NCBI RefSeq assembly: GCF_009914755.1
Contig: NC_060931.1
Length of the DNA: 64,000 nucleotides
Source: the human T2T-CHM13v2.0 reference genome, Homo sapiens
Direction: 5' to 3' (one strand)
Position numbers and translations under genes: made by a program. Positions within the stretch are counted from its first letter, which is position 1. Each line of letters begins with the position of its first letter. Of the stretch, positions 13,253 through 28,535 are shown one piece after another. Below the pieces are notes generated by a model. The model did no database searches, was not told the DNA's origin, and saw nothing but the letters and a program-made list of their open reading frames with translations.

Positions 13253-14929
13253 CCAGAGTGCTTTATGCCTTCTGCTTCAGTTTTCTTGTTTTGAAGTTGT
13301 AATTTAGCAAGTGTTTCCATTTATTTTTGGTATGTTTTCAATCTTGCAAATATTTCCTTGTACTCCTTCTATAACGTGTCTTTCTGTTACTGCCTGGTCC
13401 TTAATGTACATACTGAGGAAGGGATATCTGGGGCCCAAAGGCAACTAATGTAATATCATATTTGCTGTCAGAAATATTTCCCCAAGGTAGCAAAATCACT
13501 CTCACATCTTGTGAAGAGTACATCAAACTGAATGAAATAGGCGTGAAGAATCAGAGAGACTGCAGTCATTATTTTGAGCTTATGTAGCTTTTAAATCTTA
13601 ATATTTCCCTGAAATTTTTTTAGTAAAATAAAAAATGTGAGCATATTTTTTTACATCCAGCAATGACATATTTAGGAGACAAGTAACAGTAATGTCCATC
13701 CACTTAAGTCTTTCTGAATGAGTAGAGATGCATTGTGAAAAAAGTAATTTGCAGAAGCATTGACAAAATCCCTTCTGATTACCTTAATTGATTCTTTCTG
13801 AAAATCTCCATACTTTCCTCATTCTTTCCAAGAAACTCATGCTACGAAAATGTAAAGGGAGTGAACTCAACACCTAATCACTCAAGACTTCAAACTTAAA
13901 CACATTCTCTAGGTCTATGATTCTCTGCACATTCTCTGAACAGATGCTGGTTTGCTCTAACTCATCAGACCAGCAGTAAGAAAGCTTCAGCTGACAAACA
14001 CCAAAACCTTCTCTTGTCATTAGCAGTGGCTGCTGGAATAATAAAACATCTGGCATCTTCCTTTACTGATTAAAGGGGTCATTTCAAAGACCTGTCATCC
14101 AGCCCTTAGGCATAAAGACTTGAGCCTCCACATTTCTCCCCTTTAATTCATGTTTTGCAGATGCAGGGACACTCTACATACGAATTTATTAAAATAGGAT
14201 AAGGCTAAATGATTACACATGTATTATGAGGGAGTGCTATAGAGGACCCTTAATCACAAGATCTTTATTTCTCTTGTAAAAAAAAAATCACGAATAGATT
14301 TAACAATTTGAAAAGATAATGAAACTCAATGTAAATAATACCATATGATTCATTCAGGAAAAAAGTCTAAACCTTAACTCCAATGTAATAGAATATGAGT
14401 TGTCTGTTACTACCCAGGAAATGAATCAGACATTGACTGATAATATGATGTAAAATTTTCAATAAAGCATTGCTGCTAGGAAATAGTTTGGACTTTGGAA
14501 AAAAATTTTAAAAAATATTTTGCCACCCCCATACAAACATATGCATCTGCACATGAAAAATCTATGTGGAGTTCTGATCATCACTCCTTGCAGAAGAGAA
14601 AATGGAATTGTTAAAAAAAAAAAAAAGAAGGAAAGAAAAGAAGAAAGAAAAAAAGCAGAAATGAAGGACGGTGGAGAAAAAAGATTAACAGAAGGACAGT
14701 TTTATTAATAGACTAGAAAGCTAAATGTTTTCGTACATGCAAAGGCAGTGACTGAGAGCTAAAGTTATTTAGAATAACCATGAAGAAATAGCCAGGATAA
14801 ATCCTTTCTCTTTGATGCTAAAATTTGGGGAAAGAAACTATTTCATGCTTATATTTACTATATATAATAGAAACATTATAAATTCATAGATAAAATACAT
14901 ATAATAGATTATTATCAAAAGTCTTGAGA

Positions 14930-15237
14930 GGCCAGGCATGGTGGCTCACACCTGTAATCACAGCACTTTGGGAGAACGAGGCGTGTGGATCACGAGGTCA
15001 GGAGATTGAGACCATCCTGGCTAACATGGTGAAACCCCGTCTCTACTAAAAATATAAAAAATTAGCCAGGCATGGTGGCAGACGCCTGTAGTCCCAGCTA
15101 CTCAGGAGGCTGAGGCAAGAGAATGGCATGGACCCGGGAGGCGGAGTTTGCAGTAGCCGAGATGGAGCCACTGCACTCCAGCCTGGGCTACAGAGAGAGA
15201 CTCCGTCTCAAAAAAAAAAAAAAAAAAAAAAAAAAAA
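14930..15237 (+). mobile_element. AluY-like
   Basis: ggatcacgaggtcaggagattgagaccatcctggctaac and gagaatggcatg diagnostics; pure A tail of about 28 nt; degenerate TSD aaaagtcttgaga/aaaaggtttgaga. Confidence 0.93.
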
Positions 15238-15411
15238 GGTTTGAGACATGTCCCAACTTTTGGATGAATCCTCAGAAATTCCTGATAGAGGAGCATGCTG
15301 AATCGAAACAGTGTGACAATTATTATGTACCCAATATCTGACTTTGGAACAGGTGACAAGTCTTCAATAACAAAACTCAATTAAAAAGTGGATAAACCTC
15401 TCCTTACACAT

Positions 15412-15690
15412 CAGAGTTTCCCAAAATTTATTCTATAGAAACTAGTTTTATTGGGTGTTAATATCTATTATTGGGACATAAAAGGGTCCTGTGGATAAAT
15501 AAATTCAAGAAATTTTAGAAAATTCTCTATTGGAGAGCTTCTTGGCACTCTTAATATTCTAAAATGTATTTTAAACGTCCTGTAGAGTCTCTTTTATACT
15601 GTCATTTTCAAACTTATTGTTCACAAAAAAACACTTTTTCTCATATGTCCTTCAGAACTAGTTATCCTTAGCACAAATTTTGGGAAATAT
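15412..15690. mobile_element. MER103C-like hAT MITE
   Basis: Inverted ends cagagtttcccaaaa...ttttgggaaata; aaagggtcctgtggataaataa. Confidence 0.55.
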
Positions 15691-17294
15691 CACCATCAGA
15701 CATTGTAAGCAGAAGTTCTCTATTCCAGAAATATTTGAAAATTCAGAAAGGTTGCTAACATCAACAATGATTTTCTTGCTTTCTTCATAACTAAATATTT
15801 ACCATATGTTTTAAGAGAAAAAATAGTTCCACCACTTCCATTATAGATACATGATAATAATGTGTTGATAATTATGACAATTTCTAGAAATTTAGATAAA
15901 TTTCCTATGAAATAAATTATACTTTGGGGAGATACTTTCTACTTGCTGACTAACGAAGGGAAAATGAGCTTCCTACTATTTTACCTAAATATGACTGGTA
16001 ATGGAAAAAATCTTAATCAGCTGTTACTCATTCTCATTTTTAAAATTCCAAAACCTGTTTCAAAAAAGTCTCAAAAAAGGTATAAACACATAAACCATAC
16101 CCTAAAAATAATGCAACATCCCTAAGTGATTCAGAGGATTGGAGAACGTTAGAGTTCAAGAGTGTGTTCATTATCTGCATTCTTCTTCACTATTTTTTCC
16201 CATCATCTTACACATTCAAAAAACAAACAGAAGCAAAAATTCATATGCAGATTCATTATTTTTGAACTTTCTGTTAATGAGATTTTCAAACTCAGAGAAT
16301 GGAATGATGTACCCATCACCAACTTCTACAGTTACCAACATTAGCCAATCTTGTCAGCAGTATCTTTGGAACTACTGGAGTTTTAATTGGAAACAGCACA
16401 TCTGAAAAATATTATTGATAACTCCTTAGCAACCATACTAGTTACACACTAAGATGATTAAAGGCTTAAAATCCTAGGAGTTTACTGATAAAAACTCAAC
16501 AAATTATAAACCCTTAAAGTTTTAAAAGTCACAACAGTATGATGCTTTCCCCAACATAATAAAAAATGACTTCTACTCGTGTGCTGGCAGACATAGAAAC
16601 CAATTACTTAGCATAATTCCTCTGTGCCTGTTTGAAAATTATGAGGATTGCATCTTTTAAAAAGCCTTTCTTTTTTTAGAATAACATTATCATTAAAGCA
16701 CTTAAATAGACTTGTGTACCATATATCATATCTGTAAGCAATCTTGTACCATATTGATTTTTACATAGACCCTAAAACTCTTAGTTTACTATGAAAAATC
16801 ATCTTTAAGTTTTTTATTTACCACAACTCTTTAGGCTGACAAAATATTTTAAAGTACATCCCTACGATATATAATCACAATGAAGAATGACATTTGAACA
16901 CTTTGTACAAAAAAATCTGAAAATTTTAATGTGTTATTTTTTACTCTGCAAAAAAATGCTAATAAAATTCATTCCTATGGCACCCAAAACATCTAATTAG
17001 CTTTGACTAGAGACACATATTACTATGATATCATCTTGAAAAAATTAATTTCATTTTATTAATTTTTAAATGTTTATTTCCATAAAACCTGAGTTAGGAA
17101 CTATCTTTATGATTCTTCAACTAGAAGATAGTGACTTCCATTATCCTTTATGTGTGCTTATGTATTTCAGCATATACTATGTAAACCAATAGTATTTCCT
17201 TAGGAGATTTAGGATTTTATGCTCTATGTTCATCCAAAAAAATTTCTGGAAACAACTGACTAAATATCTTAGAAATTTAGTAACAAGTGTGAAA

Positions 17295-17489
17295 TAATAT
17301 TAATAGCTTATATTTTTGAGAATCTACTTGATTCAACAACTGCATTCAGTTGGGCATTATTAATATACTCCCCACTATCTTCAGGAAATTGAAAATATAA
17401 AGTGATTTGCACAAAGTCATAAGTAGCAAGAAACAGACTCCATATACTCTGATGTTGGAATTCAAACTCTTACTTATTATACTGCCTCT
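17295..17489 (-). mobile_element. MIR SINE fragment
   Basis: gaaattgaaa...aagtgatttgcacaaagtcata...tatactgcctct. Confidence 0.55.
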
Positions 17490-17509
17490 GCTGTTCCTAG
17501 TTCTGACAT

Positions 17510-17890
17510 AAATCAGGATAGCATATCTGCTGCAACAATACCCATATTTCAGTTTAACACAATTAAAGTTTATTATCCACTGTTATGGTTGCCTGGGTCA
17601 GGGGAGAGCTGGTTCCATGAAGTTATTCAGGCACAAAGAATTCTTCCATGTAATGTCACCACCAACATCAACATGAAAGTTGATGTTTGTCATGAAAGGA
17701 GAACAGAGACTCTTTATGAGACATTTTTGTTGCCAGGTCTAGAACTCATACATGATTTCATGCCTACTAGCATTTGCCAGATCTTAGTGACATGTTTCCT
17801 AACTTGAAAGATTTGGGAATGTAGTTTAGCTGTATACAGAGGAGAAAAATAAAATGTGTTTCTTAACCTTATCAGCTATTCTCTGTCACA
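17510..17890 (-). mobile_element. Old MaLR LTR (MLT1K/L-like)
   Basis: ctgctgcaacaa...aaagtttatt...tgggaatgtagtttagctgt...ctctgtcaca. Confidence 0.5.
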
Positions 17891-19571
17891 AATTCGTAAG
17901 AAGTTTACAGATAAGTCAAATTTATCTATGTTCATTAATGAGTTTACTTAATACCACCTAATAAAATAAGCATAATCTAATTTATCTCAAATTATTTTTA
18001 CTATATTTTATATTAAGTTCATTTTTAATTAATTGTACTTTTTAATAAATTTGTATACAACTCCAGTCCAAATTTATATGAAGTTCTGAATGTATATAAT
18101 TAGGTTCAAATATATTAGATATCAGTAAAGTCATTTCTAAAAATAGAAAAAGTAACAATAAAAGCACAAGAAAGGTCTCATTATATTAGAATAGAAAGTA
18201 ATGGTGCCAAATGAATAGACATAACAATGACGGAGTAAATGTATGTTACATTAACTATTAAAATAAATGAGAATCAACAGCATATTTGTATTCAGAAAAT
18301 GTCTTGCTATTCAGAATCTCTTCAGAACAGTAAAATAGCTCTTCCGGTATTCCCGAAATTGGTGAAATTTATTTTCAAAGTTTTGTCCAAATTGATCCAC
18401 AAATTTTACTTTTCTAGTTAAAAGAGACTAGTTTTGGGAAAGATATAGAGAAACTGAAGGAAAAAGCAACAGAATTTTATTCCAAATGCTTATCAAAATT
18501 TGGAATTCTTTTCTGAGGAAAAAAGAATTAAAAGTTATAAAAATATAGTTATATAACTAGATGTTCTCATACTTCCTAAGAATAAAAAAGAAAAATTTAA
18601 AAATAGAGCATACTATACCCTTAAAATTTTGTTAATATTTTAATATTGAAAGAAAGTCATCACTCAGCAAAAGATAAGCTTAACCTATAGCAAAATGTTT
18701 AAAGCGTAACAGTCAAAGGGCATGAACAGGCAATTACAAAAGAGTGAGTGCAAGTGAGTGAATCCATTCAGCCATTCATACAATAAAATGGTTTGAGAAA
18801 AATGAGCAACTAGTATACACCTAACATTATAGTTGCCACTGGAGATTCAAAGAGAGACTAAAAGACATAGTACCTGCTCTAAAAGAAGGTGTACTGCCCT
18901 GAAGGACGTGGGCAGTTAAATAAATAATTACCACAATGTACTATAACTGCTGTTTCAGAAGAAACATATTTGAACTCTTTACACATAAAGGATTGCTCAT
19001 AGCAGTTCAAGAAGGCCACCTGAGATGAAAAGTCTATTACTTAGCTCAGGATTTAAATCTGGAGCCAATTCATTGAAATGAATTTTTTAAATAGGACTAA
19101 TTACAAAGAAAAAACAGTGCATTTTTGTGACATTTTAACTCAAATAAGCTTTAAAATCACTTTAAAAACTATAATTCTTACAAATCTAATATCTCAGCAT
19201 TTTAATTATTTCTATATCTGAAGTTTCTAAATGCATTGGAAATTAAGAAGATAGATGCTTGATTACTGTGCTAGTTGTGAATAGAACAGGTAAATTAATA
19301 TTTCGGCACCAAATAATGATCTGAACCATAATTATGGGACATGTGATTTCAATCTGAACTACTTTTCACTGTGAGAAGACCAGTTAACAATGATATATTA
19401 AATGTAGTTAACTTTGAATCACTGAACCCAGTGTGATGAAACCTGCTGAATGACACAAACTCTTTTCCTCATTTTATGTTTAAGAAATACATGGTTTCCA
19501 TTTCAAATCTTACACTAAATTATTTTGATCATTTTATAGCTTTTCTAGGATACTATACTATTTTTAGTATG

Positions 19572-20108
19572 TGTGATGGTTAATGTGGAGTATAAACTTG
19601 ATTGGATTGAAGAATGCAAAGTATTGTTCCTGGGTGGGTCTCTGAGAGTGTTGCCTATAAGATTAACATTTGAGTCAGTGGACTGGAAGAGGCTGGCCCA
19701 CCCTCAATCCAGGTGGGCACCATCTAATCAGTTGCCAGTGTGGCTAGGATAAAAGCAGGCAGAAGAATGTGGAAAGACTACACCGGCCCGAGTCTTCTGG
19801 CCTCCATCTTTCTCCCATGCTAGATGCTTCCTGCCTTTGAACATCACACTCCAGGTTCTTCAGCTTTTGGACTCTTGAACCTACACCAGTGATTTGCCAG
19901 GGGCTGTCAGGCCTTGGGCCACAGACTGAAGGCTGAACTATCGGCTTTTGTGGTTTTGGGACTCAGACTGGCTTCATGGCTCCTCAGCTTGCACACGGCC
20001 TATTGTGGGACTTCACTTGGTGATCGTGTGTGTCAGTTCTCCTAGTAAACTCCCCTTCAGATATTCACCTACCCTATTAGCTCCGTACCTTTAGAGAACC
20101 CTAATACC
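19572..20108 (+). mobile_element. MLT2A (ERVL) solo LTR
   Basis: tgtgatggttaat...aacttgattggattgaa...tagagaaccctaatac; TSD gtatg/atatg. Confidence 0.9.
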
Positions 20109-20212
20109 ATATGCTTTTTAATACCAGGTCATACTTTAACTTTTTTGGCTGTGGTGCGTATGCATTTTCTCCTAGAAAACAGAACAGTGAGAAGTATGGA
20201 AGCCGAATATTG

Positions 20213-20788
20213 CAGTTACATGTCACTTAATGACAAGGATACATTCAGAAAAATGCATTGTTAGGCAATTTTGTGGTTCTACAAATATCATAGAGTTTAC
20301 TTCCACAAATCTAGATGGTATAGGCTACTATACACCTAGACCACAGGGTATAGCCTATTGTTCTTAGGCTGCAAACCTGTTCAGTATGCTACTGTACTAA
20401 ATTCTGTGGGCAGTTGTAACCTAACAACAAGTATTTATGTATCCAAACATAGAAAAGGTACAGTAAAAGTATGACATAAAAGATTAAAAATGGTACATTT
20501 ATATAGGGCACTTACCATGAATGGCGCTTGCAGGACTGGAAATTGCCCTGGGTGAGTCAGTGAGTGAGTAGTGAGGGAATGTGAAGTACTTAAGACCTTA
20601 CAGTACAATACTGTAGACTATAAACACTACTGGTCTAAATTTAGATTTTAAAAATTGCTCTACAATGTTACAACAGCTACAATGTCACTAGGCTATAGTA
20701 ATTTTTCAGCTCCATTATGATCTTATGAGACCAGCATCATAAATTCAGTCTGTTATTGACCAAAATGTCATTATGCAGTGCATGACTG
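20213..20788. mobile_element. Tigger3-derived element (Tigger3c-like)
   Basis: TIRs cagttacatgtcacttaatgaca...tgtcattatgcagtgcatgactg followed by TA; ctagatggtataggctacta. Confidence 0.85.
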
Positions 20789-21864
20789 TATATTCTGTAT
20801 ATAGTAATTCAACTACTCTACCTGTAAATATGAAAAGCTGCAATAAATAACAAGGATAGAACATTATAAACTTGGATCTAAACCATATTTATTTCAATCC
20901 CCCCCCCAAAAAAAATCACCTATTTTTCAAATAAGTAATCTTGTCTTGTAAATATCCTAACAGTTCACTTTAAACTAGCTTTTAGATATTTAAAATATAA
21001 CTGTGTGACTTTATCTACTTTTTAAAAATTGGCTTTTATTTTTGAGGTATCCCAAGGCAATTAAGAAAATAATATGTTGGAAATAGCAGGACAGTACACT
21101 GACATAATTGCTGTAGATACAGCAATTTTGAGGGCAAATGCCTTCATAACAATACAGATACCATATCTTTTTTTTTTTTTTTTTTTACCGATACCCTTTT
21201 AATCTTCAACCTCTCACCTCTGGAAAAACCAAATATTGTGTATTATTTGAAAATTAAGATAGCACATTGAAATAAAACCTGAGATTACAACACTGACATT
21301 CTTGTATAGAATAAAAAGCATTGGATAATGATATTATCTGAATTTTCAAATTCAGTAGGATGTTTGCAGGGTAGAAGATGTACTGTATCTGCTCATTGTG
21401 GTTATGATAGAGATGTATTTTGTAGGGGAAAAAAGCTATTAACTTACCTGAAATTTGTGCAGAACATCCTGTTATATTCATAACATAAACTGAATAGACT
21501 GGTGACTTGTGTTTTCATTTTTGAGGTTTGCATTTTATTTCTCTGCTTTGTCACACGAAAGTCATATCCCACATTAATAAGCATAGTTCTTTGTGTATGC
21601 CTTTAAAAATTTACTGAAAATGCAAAATACAAAAGTACTATTAAAACTGGGTAAAATACTGAAGAGAACCAAACTTACATCAGGGTAATATACTAAGTAA
21701 TTTGTTGTTATAATGATAGCGGCTGAACTTTAGTGATAAGCATTTCGTCATATATTTTATTTGATTTAATCCAATGACAACCCTCCGAAGTAGGTGATAT
21801 TATATATTAATGCCATCTCCACTTAACAGATACAGCGATTAAGGCTCACATAGTTTAACTCTAG

Positions 21865-22197
<333 letters not shown>

Positions 22198-22289
22198 ACA
22201 GTTGCACAATTTTTAAAGTTGTAAAAGATTATGTCTATAATTTAGAATTTTTGAGAATATTCTAACTGAGGCAGAAAACATTGATTCCG

Positions 22290-22780
22290 TAAAAAATCTT
22301 AAAATTTTGAATTGCAGAAGATATACATATAAATTTTAAAAGATAGATTGGTAAAATATTTGCATAGTACATGACTCATAGAAGATTCATGTCTAAAATA
22401 GATAGGTAAACAGATATGAAGTTTATAAATTGAACAAAAAATTGTAAAATGACAAAAGTTATGAATAGGCAATTTAAAAACAAGCAAATTCAAATATCCA
22501 ATGAACATGTCTTTAAAAGACAACCTGACTAATATTTAGGTAAATACAAAGTGAAAAATAAAACTACTGAGCTATTATTTCTCATCTTTTAAAATAGTGG
22601 TACCCCAAAATATGAGGAAAATGTAATCTCAAATATTGTGAATACAAAGATAAATTGTTACAAACTTTTGAGATTTAAACTGGTAACATCTATTAAAATT
22701 AAGATTGTACAGATCCCTTGGCCGTGAAATCTCAATAGAAGATAAGGATATATGTATAGGGACTTTTGTTGCCCACAAAA
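22290..22780 (+). mobile_element. Old L1ME-like fragment
   Basis: aaaatatttgca...atgaataggcaattt...caaatatccaatgaacatg, similar to the ORF2 3' region. Confidence 0.5.
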
Positions 22781-22845
22781 GTTGAGACAAAAATAATGTT
22801 CTCATTCATGTAAAATTTTATGTTTGTCTATATATACCTATATGC

Positions 22846-23254
22846 TAATATAGTTTGGATATTTGTTCCTTCCAAATCTCATGTTGAAATTTCATCCCCA
22901 GTATTGGAGGTGGGGCCTAGTGAGAGGTGTTTGGGTTACAGGAACAGAACCTTCATGAATGGCTTGGTACTGTCCTGGTAGCAATGAGTGAGTTCTCGCC
23001 CTGTTAGTTCCCCCAGGAATTTATTATTGAAAAGAGCCTTACACCTCCTCCTGTCTCTTGCCTCTTTTCTCTTGCCGTATGATCTGCACACTCATGCTCC
23101 CTGTTTGGGTTCCACTATAAGTGTATGCAGCCTGAGTACCTTGAAGAAGATGCTAGTGCCATGTTTCTTGTACAGCCTGCAGAACAATGAGTTTTAAAAA
23201 TGTCTTTTCTTTATAAAAGGTATTTATTTATAGCAATAGAAACAGATGAAGACA
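22846..23254 (+). mobile_element. MSTB-like MaLR solo LTR
   Basis: taatatagtttggatatttgt...aaatctcatgttgaaa...gatgaagaca; TSD tatgc/tacac. Confidence 0.88.
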
Positions 23255-25259
23255 TACACATAATGAAATGTTTGCAAGGCCGGTCACCATAATATTGGGA
23301 GCATGGATGTAATTTTCTGAATTGTTTGATAATTTATAATTACATTACCTTAGTTACATAGAAATAAAAACTGTTTTTATCCTAGAAAACAAATCCAATT
23401 AATTCCTGACTCACTTTTTAGGCATCTATAATAGATAATCTACATATCTGAAAGGAGGAATCAATAACTCAGGATCCAGGAGTGGGTTTTATTTTCCAGA
23501 AATCCTAAACTGAGGTAGAATTCTAATCCCTAAATGGCCTCTTGATTAAGATATCAAATTTAAATACCTTGGTCTGGAGTATTTAATTACACTTTAATTT
23601 ACATATATAGCAGAAACAGATAGTTCTAATTTCACATTATCTTTTCAGTCCTTGTCATCAAATCATTTATTGCTTTCATAAAACATCTTATTAGAATTTG
23701 TTATTTAAAATTAATCACACTGGATCAATCCTATCCAATTAGGATCTGGTGCTCAATGGGCACGTATGGTAAGCAAGCCTTACAGAATTGTTTGACGAGA
23801 ACTATTTGTATCTGGAATTATGATACTCCAGGATTTATATGTTGAAAATTAAATGTCATGAGGCTTGGGGGAGAAAAAAAACTAAGTTCCTTTGACTCCT
23901 CTGCCAAGACGAAAGTTCTCCTGTAGATGAGCTTTGCAGCATCCGGCATCTGTTTCATTAAGTACTGCTAAATGATCAGATGTTCTCATCACTCATTCTT
24001 TATGTTCCTGTCAGCTCAAGTAATCACACTCAGTATTAATTTACTGAGAGTAATTTTTCAAAACTTTTTTGGCTGAATGTCTATATCTATACTGTATTTT
24101 AATGAGAAAACAGCATTACTCTGTTTAAAAGGGAGCTCCTAATAAAAGAAATGTATTTCTACCTGTTCTTAGGAAATTAATTACTTCTTAATATGAACTT
24201 TGATGCATAAAAACTAGAAAACTCGATCATGTTGTATCTTTCTCCAAAAATAAAATCATGTTTTTTGCATATACAATTCTTCCAGATATTTAAACTCTTT
24301 TGATAGTCAACTGTTTCTATCAAAACATTTTAAAAGCACAAATTTTTAAAAGTTATCCACAGGTCTACATTGGCTACTTTATGTTTCTTTCTTCATTAGT
24401 CTTTGGGTTCTTTATTAATTCCAAGCCTGACAGCATCAGCACAGATATCCTCCTGTCAGTAGGTGTGGAGGTAGATGGTGCATGTACTTACTGCCCAAGA
24501 TTGAACACTTGTTTCCTGAGGCAAGTAGGCAGAGTCATGTCTTAAAGCTTTAGATCTATCATCTTTTATTCTTTTTCCAGTAATACCAAGAACAATACAA
24601 AGGCATTTTAATACTGTAAAAGCATGAGCAGATCTTTAACCACCCTTTACCCCAAAAGGCTGCCCAAAAGGATAATTTTATTTTAAACAATAAGGGCCCT
24701 GGACCAGCCACACATTGTTCAGGAGATGCTCAGATAGCTAGTTGAGACGGGTTACAGTCTAACTACAATACAGTTAGGTATATGCAAGGTGATAGAGGTT
24801 GGAGATAAAGTGTAATACTCTAAACCAGAAACCCCCATTAGACCAGAATTGATCTTTGAAAATTCTCTAGTCTGTAAATATGGAACTAGGAAGTTCAATT
24901 TATGAGTTTAATAACAATATTCTCACCCACTTCTAAATTACAGATATAATGTTTTACCTTTAATAAGATTCTAAAATATTATTTTTGTACATTTATATAT
25001 TAAATCCATCTGTAATTTGTTTTTGCGTGTTATGTAAATATTCAACTCTTTTTTTTCCAGATGCCTGTTAGTCAATTGTGCCAGCATTAGTTTATTAAAT
25101 AAAATATTCTTTCCCATACAATTTAAATATACTGATTATCTGTAAATATTGTGAGCTTTTTCTACTCCACTGAATAATTGGTATATTACATTACATAATT
25201 ACAGTAACTTTGAAATAAGTTTTAATATCTAGTAAGACTAAATCCCCCACATTAAAAAA

Positions 25260-26067
25260 AAATAGTGAATAGCATTGTTGTGAGACTGAAAGCAAAAGAA
25301 GTTTCCAGTCTTGTTAAAGGCCAGGAGAATGTAAAACCCTTCTCAGCTAGTCCTGTCTAGCTTACGTTTCAAAAGGCAATAGGAGGCCAGGCGCGGTGGC
25401 TCACGCCTGTAATCCCAGCACTTTGGGAGGCCAAGGCGGGCGGATCACGAGGTCAGGAGATGGAGACCATCCTGGCTAACACGGTGAAGCCCCGTCTCTA
25501 CTAAAAATACAGAAAAATTAGCCGGGCGTGGTGGCGGGCGCCTGTAGTCCCAGCTACTCGGGAGGCTGAGGCAGGAGAATGGCGTGAACGGGAGGTGGAG
25601 AGCAAGACTCCATCTCAAAAAAAAAAAAGGCAATAGGAGTAAAACATGTTAAAATTGCTGGTGAGGCATGTTCTGCAGCTCAGAAGCCTGTGAAATAATT
25701 TTTTAAATACAGAAAAGGGGTTATAAGGAAAACAGGTTTTTGATGCTGATGAGACTGGAATCTTTAATAAGAATGTTAGCAAATGAGCCTGTATAACACA
25801 AATGGCCTCCAATGCTTCTGACTTGAAATCATTGTAATATCATGCAGTTAGTCATTTGTAAGAAATATTTACATTAAACAGTGTGGCTTTAAACAGAACA
25901 CATAGAAAATAAGATTATATATTGATCAATTGGTGAAAATATTGTGACCCAAAACTTACAAGAACCTAACATTGTATTTCCCCTAGGAAAAATGGTTTCC
26001 TATTTGTTAATTCAGTGTTCACGGTAACTTTACAGAATATAACTATTGTAAATAACAAAGATAACTG
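25260..26067 (+). mobile_element. Tigger/pogo-family DNA transposon remnant with Tigger4-like 3' end, interrupted by AluY
   Basis: caggtttttgatgctgatgagactggaatcttt translates to QVFDADETGIF (pogo DDE motif); Zombi-like end aggaaaaatgg...gataactg followed by TA. Confidence 0.7.
25385..25624 (+). mobile_element. AluY with 48-bp internal deletion in the right arm
   Basis: CpG-rich AluY diagnostics; perfect TSD aaaaggcaatagga at 25371-25384 and 25625-25638. Confidence 0.95.
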
Positions 26068-26462
26068 TAATTTATCTTTATCTCTTAGTTTACTAGTTTT
26101 CTCTTTCTTGTTCTGTAGATTCACTAGATATGTATAGGCATAGAATTTTATTTATTCAATTTGAGACTCATCGTATTCCTGAATCTAAGGATTCTCATCT
26201 TTCATTAATTCTGGCAAATACTCAGGCAAGATCTTTCCATGTATTCCCTTTCTTTTACTTAATATTCTCCACATCTAAGATTCCAATTAGCTGTATCTTG
26301 GATCTTCTAATTCTATCTTCCTTATCTTGTAATTTTTTCAGATTTTTCTTTTTCTCCTCCTTCTATGCAGTCTTTTAATTCACCCTTCCCTCTTTGGCTG
26401 TGTCTAATCTGTTGTTTTTCAAAGTTACTGGGTTTTAAATTTGATTAATATATTTGTAGTAT

Positions 26463-26595
26463 ATTTTTTGTTTGTTTTGGAAAAAAGATTTCACTATGTG
26501 GCTCAGGATGGTCTTGAGCACCTAGGCTCAAACAATCCTCCTGCCTCCACTTCTGGAGTAGCTGGGATTACAGGCTTGTGTCACTGTGCCTGGCT
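26463..26595 (-). mobile_element. FLAM-type Alu monomer
   Basis: ttcactatgtggctcaggatggtcttga...ggctcaaacaatcctcctgcctc...cactgtgcctggct. Confidence 0.8.
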
Positions 26596-26704
26596 CTATT
26601 TGTAATGCCTTAAAGTTCTACGTTTCTATTTGTTTTTTGTCTTCTTTTTCATATTTTATTTCATGTTTTGCATATTTAATAATTTTAACAACACTTGTAG
26701 TGTA

Positions 26705-26997
26705 TATCTGCTCTGTTTAGTATGGTAGCCACTGGTCACATTCAAGCTTGTCAGCCCCTAAAATGCGACTAGTCTGAATTGAAATGTACTGAAAATGTCA
26801 AAGACTTAGTATGAGAAAGAAGAATAAGATATCTACTTAACATTTTTATGGATTATATGTTAAAATAACATTCTTCATATTTGATATAAATTGTATTACT
26901 AAAATTAATCTTTTTTTTATTTTACTCTTAATACAGCTACTAACTAGATGTAAAGTTAAATATGTGTTTTACATCATATTTTTACTGGGCAGTAGGT
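26705..26997. mobile_element. MER33-like hAT MITE
   Basis: tatggtagccactggtcacat...gactagtctgaattga...aaagacttagtatga. Confidence 0.75.
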
Positions 26998-27222
26998 CTC
27001 TAGACTGAAACTCTATTTGCTTGAAATCTTAGGGTTCTTATCCTGCTCTTTATTGTTTTTGCTAACACTTGCTTATGGTGGCTTATATCCTGAGATGTTT
27101 TGTAATTTTCTGTTTTGTGTTCTTAGCTTGTTTTCCTGTAGATGCACCCAAATGTGTTACATGTGACCACTTAATATTAATTTCTCAGCTTGTGGTACCT
27201 CAGCCAATGTAAATAATGTAAA

Positions 27223-28535
<1,313 letters not shown>

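Noticed and set aside
13874-14056. Protein-looking 60-aa minus ORF in unique DNA
   Set aside because: No convincing splice sites and no recognisable homology
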